From positions 1 to 14,909 of the forward strand of contig JBDKRC010000099.1 of NCBI GenBank assembly GCA_039683575.1: a stretch of 14,909 nucleotides of DNA, in the 5' to 3' direction. The notes under the pieces were generated by a model. It saw nothing but the letters and a program-made list of their open reading frames with translations, did no database searches and had not been told where the DNA came from. Positions within the stretch are counted from its first letter, which is position 1; each line of letters begins with the position of its first letter. Positions 1-8,375 of this stretch are shown piece by piece. A program made the position numbers and the translations under genes. This stretch comes from Armatimonadia bacterium. Its GTDB lineage: Bacteria; Armatimonadota; Zipacnadia; Zipacnadales; UBA11051.

Positions 1-710
1 CCGTCAACGACTACGCCGCCGATGATCCGGCGACGCTCGCCCGCCTGCAATCACTGGCCCGCGAAATGCGCGCGACACTGGTTCTTGGCTGCAAGTCGCA
101 CGTGCCAGAGGGCACTTCCACCGACTGGCTCCGCCGCCGGGCGATGCTGCAGGCCGAGGGGGCGCTGTACTACAACAGCGCGCTCATCATCGGCCCGTCC
201 GGGAACGTCATCGGCCGCTACCACAAGCGCCACCCGATTCAGTTCTTCTCCGACGGCGTGCCTGGGCCGGGATACCCCGTGTTTCCCATGCCTTCGGCGG
301 GGCGCATGGTGTCGCTCGGGGTCGCGATATGCTATGACCTCGACTTCGCGGACACGGCGCTCTCGCTGGCGCGCAACGGGGCTCAGCTACTGGTCGTCCC
401 CACCTACGACGCCCGCGACTGGGGGCCAGTCCAGCAGATGCAGCACGCGCGTCTGGCACTCGCCCGCGCTGCCGAAGTGGGCCGCTGTGTGGTTCGACCT
501 ACCTCCTCGGGGGTTAGCCAGATCATCGCGCCGGGCGGCGAGCAGCTTCGCTTCATTCCCTCCGGCGACGGCGGGCAGATGCTGGGCGTCGTGGAGGCGC
601 GCTCGTACCGCACGCTCTATGTTCGGGGCATGTGGCTACTTCCCTATCTCTGTCTCGGTCTCGCTATCCTGGGATTGCTCTACTGTGGGGTACGCAAACA
701 GAGCCGCTAG
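1..710 (+). CDS. lnt: Apolipoprotein N-acyltransferase (nitrilase/CN-hydrolase fold), 5'-truncated by the window edge
   Basis: The frame of ORF 66..710 stays open back to base 3. It has YYNSA, GRYHKRHP (catalytic Lys), AICYDLDF (catalytic Cys), QH..LA..RAAEVGRCVVRPTSSGVSQII, RTLYVR and a C-terminal transmembrane helix, all typical of Lnt. Confidence 0.85.
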   Translation, partial: VNDYAADDPATLARLQSLAREMRATLVLGCKSHVPEGTSTDWLRRRAMLQAEGALYYNSALIIGPSGNVIGRYHKRHPIQFFSDGVPGPGYPVFPMPSAGRMVSLGVAICYDLDFADTALSLARNGAQLLVVPTYDARDWGPVQQMQHARLALARAAEVGRCVVRPTSSGVSQIIAPGGEQLRFIPSGDGGQMLGVVEARSYRTLYVRGMWLLPYLCLGLAILGLLYCGVRKQSR

Positions 711-3700
711 ACTGTGAGCTGCCCGCCTTCGCCTGCCTCAATTCGCGGCAGCCGCAGACGGAACGTCGCGCCCTGTCCCGGCGCCGATTCGACCTCCATC
801 TTACCTCCCAGGAGCTCTACGCGCTCACGGATGCTGAACAGACCAAAGCTGTCGGGCTTGCCTTGCAGCTTCTCCGGGTCAAAGCCCGCCCCTAGATCAC
901 TGACCGTCAGCGTGGTGTCTCCTCCCGGCTCAACCTGCAGGGTTAGCGCTGCCTGCTTTAGCCCGCTGTGCTTGACGCTGTTGAAGAGCAGCTCACGGGC
1001 GGCATCGAATAGAATGACCTTCACAACCTGCTGCGCGGGTTCGGCGGCGGGGTCAAGCTCAGTCGCCACCGTCAGGCCGTGCTGCGCCCGCATGGTTGTG
1101 ACAAGCCAATCAAGCCCTGCCACCAGCCCGTGGCTGCTCAACACCGGCGGGCTGAGCTGCATCGTCAGGTCCCGCGAGGCGGCAATCGCAGCGACCAGAT
1201 CCTCACGCACCCCACTCAACTGCTCAACGCAATCGGGCATCGCCGTGGCAACAATCCCCAGCTTCAGGCTGGCTGCGGCCAGTAGTTGCTGGAGGTTCTC
1301 GTGCAGCAGTTGCGCCAGGCGCCGCCGCTCGCGCTGTTCACTCTGCGTAAGTTGCAGCGCCAGAGAACGCTGCAGCGTCATGCGGTGCTCCAAGGCCGCC
1401 CGCACCTGCTCCAGATCCGTAATGTCCACGAAGGTGATGACGACGCCCTGGAGTTCGGCGGTCTCGGTCAGGTACGGCTGCGTCCAGTGCAGGTACCGCC
1501 GCCCGTCGCCCGCCGTCACCTGGTGCGACACCGGCTGCCCCGTGTCCAACACGCGCCGCGCCGCGCCCGGCAGGTCCAGCCCCTGTAGCTTCAGCGACAG
1601 GTCCGTGATGGGCCGCTCCAGATCGGTCGGCAGCAAGTTGAAAAGCTCCAGGGCCGGCGGCGTGAACATCTTCAGCCGCAGTTCCTGATCCAGGAAGATC
1701 GTCGGGATGTTCGTGCTGCGCAGCAGATTATCGCGGTCGTCGTTGGCCCGCTCCAGCTGCTCTACTTTCTCAGCCAACTCCGTATTGACCGTCCGCAACT
1801 CCTCATTGAGCGACTGCAGTTCCTCCCGCGAGGTCTCAAGCTCCTCGTTGGCGGCCTGCAACTCCTCGTTCATCGAGGCCATCTCTTCGTTGCTGGCCGT
1901 CAATTCCTCGTTGGAGCTTTCGAGCTGCTCTACCACGCCCTGCATGTCCGCCCGCGCGCCCTCCAGTTCGGCTTCCAACTCGTGCGTCTTCGGTAGATCC
2001 TCCTCGCCAGCCTGAACCTTCACCGTCAGCGGATCGTGCCCGCGCAGCACCAGCAGCAGCAGTTCATCCCGCCGCCCCGCGCGCAACGGTGTCACCTCGA
2101 TCTCAACCGGTTTGCGTCCCTGCGGGGTCGGGACGGTCGTCACCGTCCTGTGCTTCGGCCCCCCGGCCCTTACTCGCCGCATGAGCGACCGCACGGCGGG
2201 CCGCAAGGCCTCGTTCAGGCGCAGAAACAACTGGTCGGTCGGCTCGCCGCGTGGTTGGCGCAGAAACTCCGCCACATTCCCCAGGTAGTAGACAATCCGG
2301 TCCCTGCTATCGACCACCAGCGAGGCCGGGGCGAATTGCTCCAGGACGACTTTCTCCACCAACCGGCTCAGACCCGCGTCTACACCGAACTGTGCCACCC
2401 CCGGCCCGGCCACTGCGGGCCCTCTCCCCGGCTCGACTCGCAGCGGGGGCCGTAGTTCCGGGAGCGCCGTCTGCGGGGTCTCCATCTTCCGGAAGACCCG
2501 GAATTGCTTCGACAGCGTCTCGAAGAGGTGCTGTGGCCCCACCGCCTCCGAGCCGCCGAGAAACAGGTAGCCGCCCGGCTTCAGCGCGAAATGGAAGATC
2601 CGGACGAGCCGATCCTGCGTCTCCGGCTCCAGATAGATCAGCAGGTTGCGGCAGCTCACCAGGTCCAGGTTTGAGAAGGGGGGATCGGACAGCGAGTTCT
2701 GAGGAGCAAACACAATCGCCTTGCGCAGCTTCTGAATAATCCGAAAACCCGTTTCCTCCCCGATGAAGAAGCGCTGCAGATATTCCGGCGGCACCTCCCC
2801 GACGATGTCGAGCGGGAACAGCCCGGCGCGCGCCTGGTTGAGCGCCTCGACGTCAACATCCGTGCCGAATATCTGCAGGTCAATGGGCCGCCCCAGTTCC
2901 TCGCTCACCGCGAAGAACAGCATCGCAACCGTATACGCTTCCTTGCCGTTCGAGCAGCCCGGCACCCACACCCGCAGCGGCGCCTCCGACTGACGCTCCA
3001 CCAGTGGCCGCACCACCTGCTGTTCCAGCATCTTCCAAGCCTCGGGCTCGCGGAAGAACTTGGTGACGCCGATCAGGAAGTCAGCAAATAGCGCCGGAAC
3101 CTCGTCTGGCTTCGTTAGCAGGTACTGCTCATACTCTTTCGTGCTCCGGATGCCGCGGAAACCCATCCGCCGGTTGATGCGGCGCAACAGCATGGACTTG
3201 CGGTAGCCCTGGAAATCGTGGCCGGTGCGGGCGCTGATGATCCCCAGAACCGATCGCAGCAACGCGTCTACGTCCCCCTCGACCTCAAGCTCCGCGGCGG
3301 CCACATAGGGATGCTGCTGGTAGTCCAGTAGTGCCGCCGGTATCTCCTCGACGTTCAGCACCAGGTCGACTACACCGGCCGCTACCGCGTTCCGCGGCAT
3401 CCATTCGTGCTCCGCCTGCTCAGGCGATTGCACGATCGTCAGGCCGCCGTTGGCCTTGATCTCCCGCAGCCCCTCCGTGCCGTCCGAGGCGGTGCCCGAA
3501 AGCACGATCCCCACCGCCCGTTTCTCGCTGGCCGCGGCCAACGAGGTGAAGAACGCGTCAATGGGCAGGCGCAGGGCCCGAGGCTCCTCCGGAGCGCACA
3601 GGTGCAGCGTCTCTTTCTCGACCGTCATTGTCTGCCCGGGGGGGATGAAATGCACGCGATTGGGCTGCAGGGGCATCCCCTCGGTGACTTCCACCACCGG

Positions 3701-3982
3701 CATCGCCGTATGCTGGGCCAGCAGCCAAACCATGAGACTCTCGCGCTCGGGGTCCAGATGCTGGATAACCACAAAGGCCATCCCCGCATCCGCGGGCATG
3801 GCCTGAAAGAACCCTTTGAGCGCGTTCAGCCCCCCCGCCGAAGCGCCGAGGGCTACCGTCAGAAAACCGTCTTCATCGTGTCTGGCAGGCCCCCCCGCCA
3901 CCGGGGGCGAACTGTCGCGATTGCCCTGGGTGACATCTCCGCTCTCAGCGCCTGCTTCCAAAACACCGCTGTCATCCACCAT
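707..3982 (-). CDS. CheB methylesterase / CheR methyltransferase / coiled coil / PAS / HisKA_3-type histidine kinase fusion
   Basis: CheB motifs GASAGG, IQHLDP, LSGTASDG. CheR motifs IGVTKFFRE, RVWVPGCSNGKEAY, GTDVD, DLVSCRNLLIY. Coiled coil EELQAANEELETSREELQSLNEEL. H-box ERRRLAQLLHENLQQLL. HATPase ELLFNSVKHS, VSDLGAGF, FGLFSIRER. ATG at 3982 follows AGGGAGAG; the ORF track start at 4027 is an alternative. Confidence 0.92.
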   Translation of the reverse strand: MVDDSGVLEAGAESGDVTQGNRDSSPPVAGGPARHDEDGFLTVALGASAGGLNALKGFFQAMPADAGMAFVVIQHLDPERESLMVWLLAQHTAMPVVEVTEGMPLQPNRVHFIPPGQTMTVEKETLHLCAPEEPRALRLPIDAFFTSLAAASEKRAVGIVLSGTASDGTEGLREIKANGGLTIVQSPEQAEHEWMPRNAVAAGVVDLVLNVEEIPAALLDYQQHPYVAAAELEVEGDVDALLRSVLGIISARTGHDFQGYRKSMLLRRINRRMGFRGIRSTKEYEQYLLTKPDEVPALFADFLIGVTKFFREPEAWKMLEQQVVRPLVERQSEAPLRVWVPGCSNGKEAYTVAMLFFAVSEELGRPIDLQIFGTDVDVEALNQARAGLFPLDIVGEVPPEYLQRFFIGEETGFRIIQKLRKAIVFAPQNSLSDPPFSNLDLVSCRNLLIYLEPETQDRLVRIFHFALKPGGYLFLGGSEAVGPQHLFETLSKQFRVFRKMETPQTALPELRPPLRVEPGRGPAVAGPGVAQFGVDAGLSRLVEKVVLEQFAPASLVVDSRDRIVYYLGNVAEFLRQPRGEPTDQLFLRLNEALRPAVRSLMRRVRAGGPKHRTVTTVPTPQGRKPVEIEVTPLRAGRRDELLLLVLRGHDPLTVKVQAGEEDLPKTHELEAELEGARADMQGVVEQLESSNEELTASNEEMASMNEELQAANEELETSREELQSLNEELRTVNTELAEKVEQLERANDDRDNLLRSTNIPTIFLDQELRLKMFTPPALELFNLLPTDLERPITDLSLKLQGLDLPGAARRVLDTGQPVSHQVTAGDGRRYLHWTQPYLTETAELQGVVITFVDITDLEQVRAALEHRMTLQRSLALQLTQSEQRERRRLAQLLHENLQQLLAAASLKLGIVATAMPDCVEQLSGVREDLVAAIAASRDLTMQLSPPVLSSHGLVAGLDWLVTTMRAQHGLTVATELDPAAEPAQQVVKVILFDAARELLFNSVKHSGLKQAALTLQVEPGGDTTLTVSDLGAGFDPEKLQGKPDSFGLFSIRERVELLGGKMEVESAPGQGATFRLRLPRIEAGEGGQLTV

Positions 3983-4075
3983 GCTCTCTCCCTGACCCGC
4001 TGACTTCAGTGCGCTCTCATACCACATTCGTTACCTTCGCGACTGCCCCACCGCCCACCTGCCACTGGGCCCACC

Positions 4076-4630
4076 TCACTCGTCCCACTTCTGCACCACA
4101 ATGCCCTTCCCCGCTGCCTTCATCGTGTCGATCTTGTAGAGCTTGCTGCGGCGGGTGACCGTGATCAAGTCGGCCAGCCGCATGCCCATGTGGCCCACGA
4201 ACCGCTCGAGCACCTCGCCGCAGGTGCCGATGCCTCGGCCGGAGCCGCCCGCCGCGCAGATGCCGATCAGGTCCTTGCCGCTGAGCTGCCCGCCCAGCGG
4301 CCCGGTGTTGCAGCGCCGGAGCCGGTCGAGGACCGCCCGCGCCACCTCACTCGGCTCCCCGAAGTAGACGGGCGTGGCCATAGCCCACGCGTCCGCAGCG
4401 AGGATGCTGCTCCTGATGTCGGCGAAGTCGTCATCCTGCACGCACTCGCCCTCGCGCCGGCACTTGCCCCACCCGTTCTCGCACATCGCACACCGACGCA
4501 GGTCCTTGTCGCACAGGTGGATCAGTTCGACCTCCGCTCCCGCCTCCTGCGCTCCTGCCAAAAACGCCTCTGCCGACAGCGCCGTCAACCCATCCTTGTT
4601 CGGACTCGCATTCAGAGCCAATACCTTCAT
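4076..4630 (-). CDS. Flavodoxin-fold NAD(P)H-dependent FMN reductase / iron-sulfur flavoprotein
   Basis: MKVLALNASPNKDGLT N-terminus, Cys cluster CAMCENGWGKCRREGEC, DDF, ATPVYFGE, AAGGSGRG. RBS CAGGAG lies upstream of the ATG at 4630. Confidence 0.88.
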   Translation of the reverse strand: MKVLALNASPNKDGLTALSAEAFLAGAQEAGAEVELIHLCDKDLRRCAMCENGWGKCRREGECVQDDDFADIRSSILAADAWAMATPVYFGEPSEVARAVLDRLRRCNTGPLGGQLSGKDLIGICAAGGSGRGIGTCGEVLERFVGHMGMRLADLITVTRRSKLYKIDTMKAAGKGIVVQKWDE

Positions 4631-4663
4631 CTCAACTCTCCTGTGCCCCCCAGGAATCGCCTC

Positions 4664-4684
4664 GTGCGGGCTGCACGCCCGCAC
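4664..4684. repeat. REP-like short palindrome
   Basis: GTGCGGGC-tgcac-GCCCGCAC, an intergenic perfect 8-bp stem. Confidence 0.55.
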
Positions 4685-4817
4685 TGGGGACGTCACTGTC
4701 TCCCCCTTCGGTCGGCTACTCGTATGGGCAACAGGGAACAGGCGCTATGGTGGGTCCGCCGGGGTTACACCTGTGCGCGTGCGCCTGCGGCGCGCGTTTG
4801 AAGCTATCCGTGGCCAC

Positions 4818-5036
4818 TCACTTCTCCGCCATGGATGCCTTCGCCTGCCACCGGTGTCCGCATTCCTTGCACTCCCACGTCGTCTCCACGTCGGCGTCCG
4901 CCTTGGTACACTGCCCGAACGGCATGCGCCCGAGGTCCGCCGTGTCATACGGAGCAAACCCCGGCAATACTGACAGCAGCGGTATGACCTCACACGACTT
5001 GCAGCCCGGACAATGCGGATCGGGGTTCTTCCCCAT
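4818..5036 (-). CDS. Small zinc-ribbon-like protein (72 aa)
   Basis: CPGCKS...WECKECGHRW gives two CxxC pairs. A strong RBS GAGGAGG precedes the ATG. Co-oriented immediately downstream of the DUF72 gene. Confidence 0.75.
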   Translation of the reverse strand: MGKNPDPHCPGCKSCEVIPLLSVLPGFAPYDTADLGRMPFGQCTKADADVETTWECKECGHRWQAKASMAEK

Positions 5037-5060
5037 GGCGATACCTCCTCAGACTTTGCC

Positions 5061-5792
5061 TCAGACAACCGCGCGCAGAAGCTCTCGCAGCCTCAGCGCA
5101 TCCCACGGCGCGTGGCCGTGGGCGTCATTATCGAAATACGCGAACAGGTCCCTCTTCCCCTCCCCCGCCTCAGTCAGCAGGTCGCGCCACCACGCCAGTT
5201 GCTCGTCGCTGTACCGGCTCGCGTAGAACTCCTCGTGCCCGTGCAACCGCGCGTAGAGGAAATCCGCCGTCACCTCGGCCGCGAACGGATAGTTCGGCGT
5301 GTCCGCCCATACCAGCGCCACATTGTAGCGCCGGAACAGTTCATAGACCTCCGGGCAAAAGCAGGTTTGGCTGCGGAACTCAAAACACCACCGCTGGGTG
5401 GCCGGGCGCAGCGCCAAGAACTGTTCGAGCCGGTCCAAATCCAGGTGCCACTTTTCCGGCAACTGCCACAGGACCGGCCCGAGCTTCTCTTTCAGGTGCA
5501 CCAGTGGCGCGTCCTGGCGCTGCAGCGACTCCTGCACCGGCCCGAGGCGCTTCATGTGGGTGATATAGCGCGCGCCCTTAACCGCGAACAGAAAGCCGGG
5601 CGGCGTCTTCTCATACCAGCCGGTCACCGTGCCCTCACGCGGAGTGGCGTAGAACGTGTTATTCAGCTCGACGGTGTCGAACACAGTGGCATAGTGCTCG
5701 AACCACCGCGTCTTGGGCAGCTTCTCAGGATAGAAGCTGCCCCGCCAGTAGTCGTACATCCAGCCCGAAGTTCCGACCCGGATCTCTGGCAT
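5061..5792 (-). CDS. DUF72 (YecE-like) protein
   Basis: RVGTSGW, FDTVELNNTFY, FAVKG.RYITH.KRL, LGPVLWQLP, FEFR, YARLHG, YFDND motifs. Confidence 0.93.
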   Translation of the reverse strand: MPEIRVGTSGWMYDYWRGSFYPEKLPKTRWFEHYATVFDTVELNNTFYATPREGTVTGWYEKTPPGFLFAVKGARYITHMKRLGPVQESLQRQDAPLVHLKEKLGPVLWQLPEKWHLDLDRLEQFLALRPATQRWCFEFRSQTCFCPEVYELFRRYNVALVWADTPNYPFAAEVTADFLYARLHGHEEFYASRYSDEQLAWWRDLLTEAGEGKRDLFAYFDNDAHGHAPWDALRLRELLRAVV

Positions 5793-5816
5793 GCACCAGA
5801 CCCCACAAAGGCCGTC

Positions 5817-5838
5817 GTGGTACGGGCGTCTCGCCCGT
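5817..5838 (+). repeat. REP-like element (GTGG + palindrome)
   Basis: GTGGT-ACGGGCG-TCT-CGCCCGT in the gap between the DUF72 and NmrA genes. Confidence 0.6.
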
Positions 5839-5852
5839 CTCCGGCCGCATCA

Positions 5853-6743
5853 TCAGTAGACCGATACCGCCGCTGCCTCCGGCACTTCCACCACGTTCAG
5901 CCACTGCTCGAACCGCAGTAGCGCCGGGTGGATGACTCGCAGGTGCTCGATGTCGGCCTGGTAGCCGGACTTGATGAACCACTCGAACATCCTGGCGTTC
6001 TCTTCGCTCTTGGCGCGCACCTGGTCCATGGGCACCTGCTGGTAGTCCACCGGGTGTTCCAATCGCCGCGACAGCAGCTTCGCGACCTCGGGCATCGTCA
6101 GCTCATCACCCGCAATCTCCAGGGCCTTGCCAGTGTGCTCACCGGGGTGCTTGAAAGCCTGCGCGGCGAAGAACCCGATGTCATCCACGGCGATCATCTG
6201 CAGTGGCACATCCGGCGGTAGCGGTATGGCCAGCACACCATTTCTGATGCCCTCCAGCATCTCGCCACGGAAGAAGTTCTCCATGAACCATACCGGCCGC
6301 AGGACCGCTGCCTTCAGGCGCAGTTCGCTGATCCGGCCCTCGATCACGAACTTGGTTTCGAAATGCGGAATGTTGCTGGACCGCTCCGCCCCGCCGACCG
6401 AGCTGTACACCATGAACGGGATGTTCAGCGTGTGGACAACCTCGGCCACCCGGATGCCCTGCTCGATCTCAAGCTCGGCGCCCGTCTTCCAGAAGTTCTG
6501 CACACTGAAGACTCCGCGGCAGCCGTGCATCGCGTGCTCGAGGCTCTCGATCTGGTCAAGGTCACCATGGATCACCTGCGCCCCCAGGCGCCGCAGCACG
6601 TCGGCGGCGGGTTGCGTGACATCCCTCGTGAGTGCGCGCACGATGAAGCCGTGTCGCAGAAGCTCGCGCGCCACTGCCCCGCCCTGCTGCCCGGTGGCGC
6701 CAATCACCAGAATCGGTCCATTCAGCAAATCCATGTAGTTCAT
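5853..6743 (-). CDS. NmrA/HSCARG-family NAD(P)-binding protein
   Basis: ILVIGATGQQGGAVA Rossmann motif, VRALTRD, GDLD, VYSSVGGA, PHFETK, LRPVWFMEN, IAVDDIG. RBS GGGGAGAGG. Confidence 0.93.
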   Translation of the reverse strand: MNYMDLLNGPILVIGATGQQGGAVARELLRHGFIVRALTRDVTQPAADVLRRLGAQVIHGDLDQIESLEHAMHGCRGVFSVQNFWKTGAELEIEQGIRVAEVVHTLNIPFMVYSSVGGAERSSNIPHFETKFVIEGRISELRLKAAVLRPVWFMENFFRGEMLEGIRNGVLAIPLPPDVPLQMIAVDDIGFFAAQAFKHPGEHTGKALEIAGDELTMPEVAKLLSRRLEHPVDYQQVPMDQVRAKSEENARMFEWFIKSGYQADIEHLRVIHPALLRFEQWLNVVEVPEAAAVSVY

Positions 6744-6852
6744 CCTCTCCCCGGCGCCGTCTCTCCCCCACCGCCAACGCGCCGGACCAAGGTTTCTGAC
6801 GTCCGGCGGCGTCCGGAGTCCTCATTGGACAGTTTTCCCGCCACGTTTGTCG

Positions 6853-6997
6853 TCATGACGTCATCCTTGTTTGCCCGCCTGCCGTCTTGCCGTCCTAGTG
6901 GCATGTCTCGCACACCGCAACCAGTCTTACGTGCATAACGTCGCTTCCCGCTTGCCTTTATGCCCCTTTGCAGTCATGCGTGCATACCGTCAGCCGT
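6853..6997. repeat. Degenerate 8-bp tandem array 1 (candidate centromere-like/operator site)
   Basis: In-phase units TCATGACG TCATCCTT GTTTGCCC GCCTGCCG TCTTGCCG TCCTAGTG GCATGTCT CGCACACC GCAACCAG TCTTACGT GCATAACG (6853-6940). After a 1-nt shift: GCTTGCCT TTATGCCC CTTTGCAG TCATGCGT GCATACCG TCAGCCGT (6950-6997). Confidence 0.6.
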
Positions 6998-7100
6998 TGC
7001 AGCAAAAGGCGCTCCTCTCCCCCACCTCCAGCCTCATCCCCGGCCCTGACCCGCCCCGCAAACGCGCGAGAAGCTTCAATAATCGGCTCGCCGTGCCCAA

Positions 7101-7146
7101 GTGGGCCGGGAGCCCATCCCGGCAGGTACCAGGCCTGAAACAGGCC
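7101..7146. repeat. Two short hairpins, REP-like
   Basis: GTGG-GCCGGGA-gccca-TCCCGGC (7101-7123) and GGCCTG-AAA-CAGGCC (7132-7146). Confidence 0.4.
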
Positions 7147-7164
7147 CGTTCCGCATCGCGCACC

Positions 7165-7284
7165 TTTTGCAGTCATGCCTGCTTCACTGCTTCCTGTCTT
7201 GCCCCTAAGCCCGCCTGCTGTGATTACCGCTTGACAACAAGATGCTGAACATGCTTGACTATGTGCACTCGTGACGGCATGACT
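7165..7284. repeat. Degenerate 8-bp tandem array 2 ending at the parA RBS (candidate centromere-like/operator site)
   Basis: 15 in-phase units: TTTTGCAG TCATGCCT GCTTCACT GCTTCCTG TCTTGCCC CTAAGCCC GCCTGCTG TGATTACC GCTTGACA ACAAGATG CTGAACAT GCTTGACT ATGTGCAC TCGTGACG GCATGACT. T at position 4 in 12/15 and G at position 5 in 11/15. GGAGGA follows immediately. Confidence 0.65.
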
Positions 7285-7294
7285 GGAGGACACT

Positions 7295-8053
7295 ATGAAG
7301 ACTATTGCCGTTGCCAACCAAAAAGGTGGCGTCGGAAAGACCGCCACCGTCGCCAGCCTCGCAGCCGCCCTCGCCGCCACCGGCCAGCGCGTGCTCGTCG
7401 TTGATGGCGACCCACAAGGCAACCTCTCGATGGCTCTCGGCGTCGAAGCCGCGCCCGACGCGCTCACCACCTACGACCTGCTCCTGCAACCCGACGTGGA
7501 GGTCCAGCACTGCCAGATCACCGTGCCGTGGGGCAAGGTGGCCGTCGTCCCCACCGACGTTCGTCTCGCCGCGGCTGAAGTCGAACTCGCGAACGCCGAT
7601 GACCGCCACCTCCGCCTGAAGGCCAAGCTCGGCCACAAGCTCCCGTACGACTTCGTGCTGCTCGATACTCCGCCGAGCCTCGGCTTTCTCACCCTCAACG
7701 CCCTGGCCGCCGCCGACGCCGTGCTGATTCCGGTCCAGTGCTCGTACCTTGCGATGCAGGGCCTGCGCCAACTGCTCGAGACCATCGAGGCCGTCCGCGC
7801 GCACGGCAACCCAGGCCTGCGCATCCTCGGCGTGCTCATGACCATGTACGATCCGCGCACCCTGCACACCCAGCAGGTCGAGGAACTCCTGCGCGAGAAC
7901 TTCGGCGACCTCGTCTTTGACATACCGATCCGCCGGAGCGTCGTGTTCGACTACGCCACCGTCGCCGGCGAGCCCGTCACCGTCCATCGCCCCGAGAGCG
8001 CTGGCGCTGAAGCCTATATGCAGATTGCCCAGGAGGTGCTGGCACGTGCGTAA
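7295..8053 (+). CDS. parA: ParA/Soj-family deviant Walker A ATPase (orphan, no N-terminal HTH)
   Basis: ANQKGGVGKT, VDGDPQGNLS, DFVLLDTPPSLG, LIPVQC, TMYDPRT. RBS GGAGGA at 7285-7290. Confidence 0.95.
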   Translation: MKTIAVANQKGGVGKTATVASLAAALAATGQRVLVVDGDPQGNLSMALGVEAAPDALTTYDLLLQPDVEVQHCQITVPWGKVAVVPTDVRLAAAEVELANADDRHLRLKAKLGHKLPYDFVLLDTPPSLGFLTLNALAAADAVLIPVQCSYLAMQGLRQLLETIEAVRAHGNPGLRILGVLMTMYDPRTLHTQQVEELLRENFGDLVFDIPIRRSVVFDYATVAGEPVTVHRPESAGAEAYMQIAQEVLARA

Positions 8054-8369
8054 GACCCCCCAGATCCCGCGAGATGTATTCTTCGGCGGCTCGACTCCTG
8101 CAGCCCCCGCCGCGGCCCCCGATGAGCCGGTGGTGGCCGGTATCGCGGCACCGCCGCTCGTGCCGGTGGCTCCGGTGGAGGAGGACAAGGTCCAGGTAAC
8201 GGTCTATCTGTCGCCCGCCGCCGCCAAGCGCCTGGAGGCCCTGCGCTTCCACCTGTTCAACGAGCACAACGTCAAAGTCTCCAAGTCGGCCATCGCCGAG
8301 TATGGCATCGCCAACCTAGGCGAGGACCTCGCGCCGATAGCCGAGTATTTCAGAGTGGGGGAGAGGTAG
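8046..8369 (+). CDS. Small ParA-partner protein, predicted ribbon-helix-helix DNA-binding domain (107 aa)
   Basis: GTG at 8046 follows AGGAGG and overlaps the parA stop. Basic N-terminal peptide MRKTPQIPRDVFFGG, Pro/Ala linker, then strand KVQVTVYLS, helix PAAAKRLEALRFHL and helix SKSAIAEYGIANL. Confidence 0.75.
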   Translation: MRKTPQIPRDVFFGGSTPAAPAAAPDEPVVAGIAAPPLVPVAPVEEDKVQVTVYLSPAAAKRLEALRFHLFNEHNVKVSKSAIAEYGIANLGEDLAPIAEYFRVGER

Positions 8370-8375
8370 CGCTTC

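Noticed and set aside
1790-1925. Roughly 21-nt periodic CTCCTCGTT-like repeats
   Set aside because: They encode the NEEL heptads of the CheB/CheR coiled coil, so they are not an independent DNA element.
6780-6832. Hairpins upstream of the NmrA gene as a riboswitch
   Set aside because: A CGCCGGAC/GTCCGGCG stem exists, but I recognise no riboswitch consensus; an Rfam/Infernal scan would decide.
6871-7248. 125-aa ORF (and the opposite 6958..7470 ORF) across the parA upstream region
   Set aside because: No RBS or recognisable domain; the Cys/Ala/Leu-rich translation is a by-product of the octamer arrays.
7231-7265. Perfect TTGACA as the parA -35 box
   Set aside because: No acceptable -10 hexamer at 16-18 nt spacing, and it is also part of an array unit (GCTTGACA), so it is not called as a promoter.
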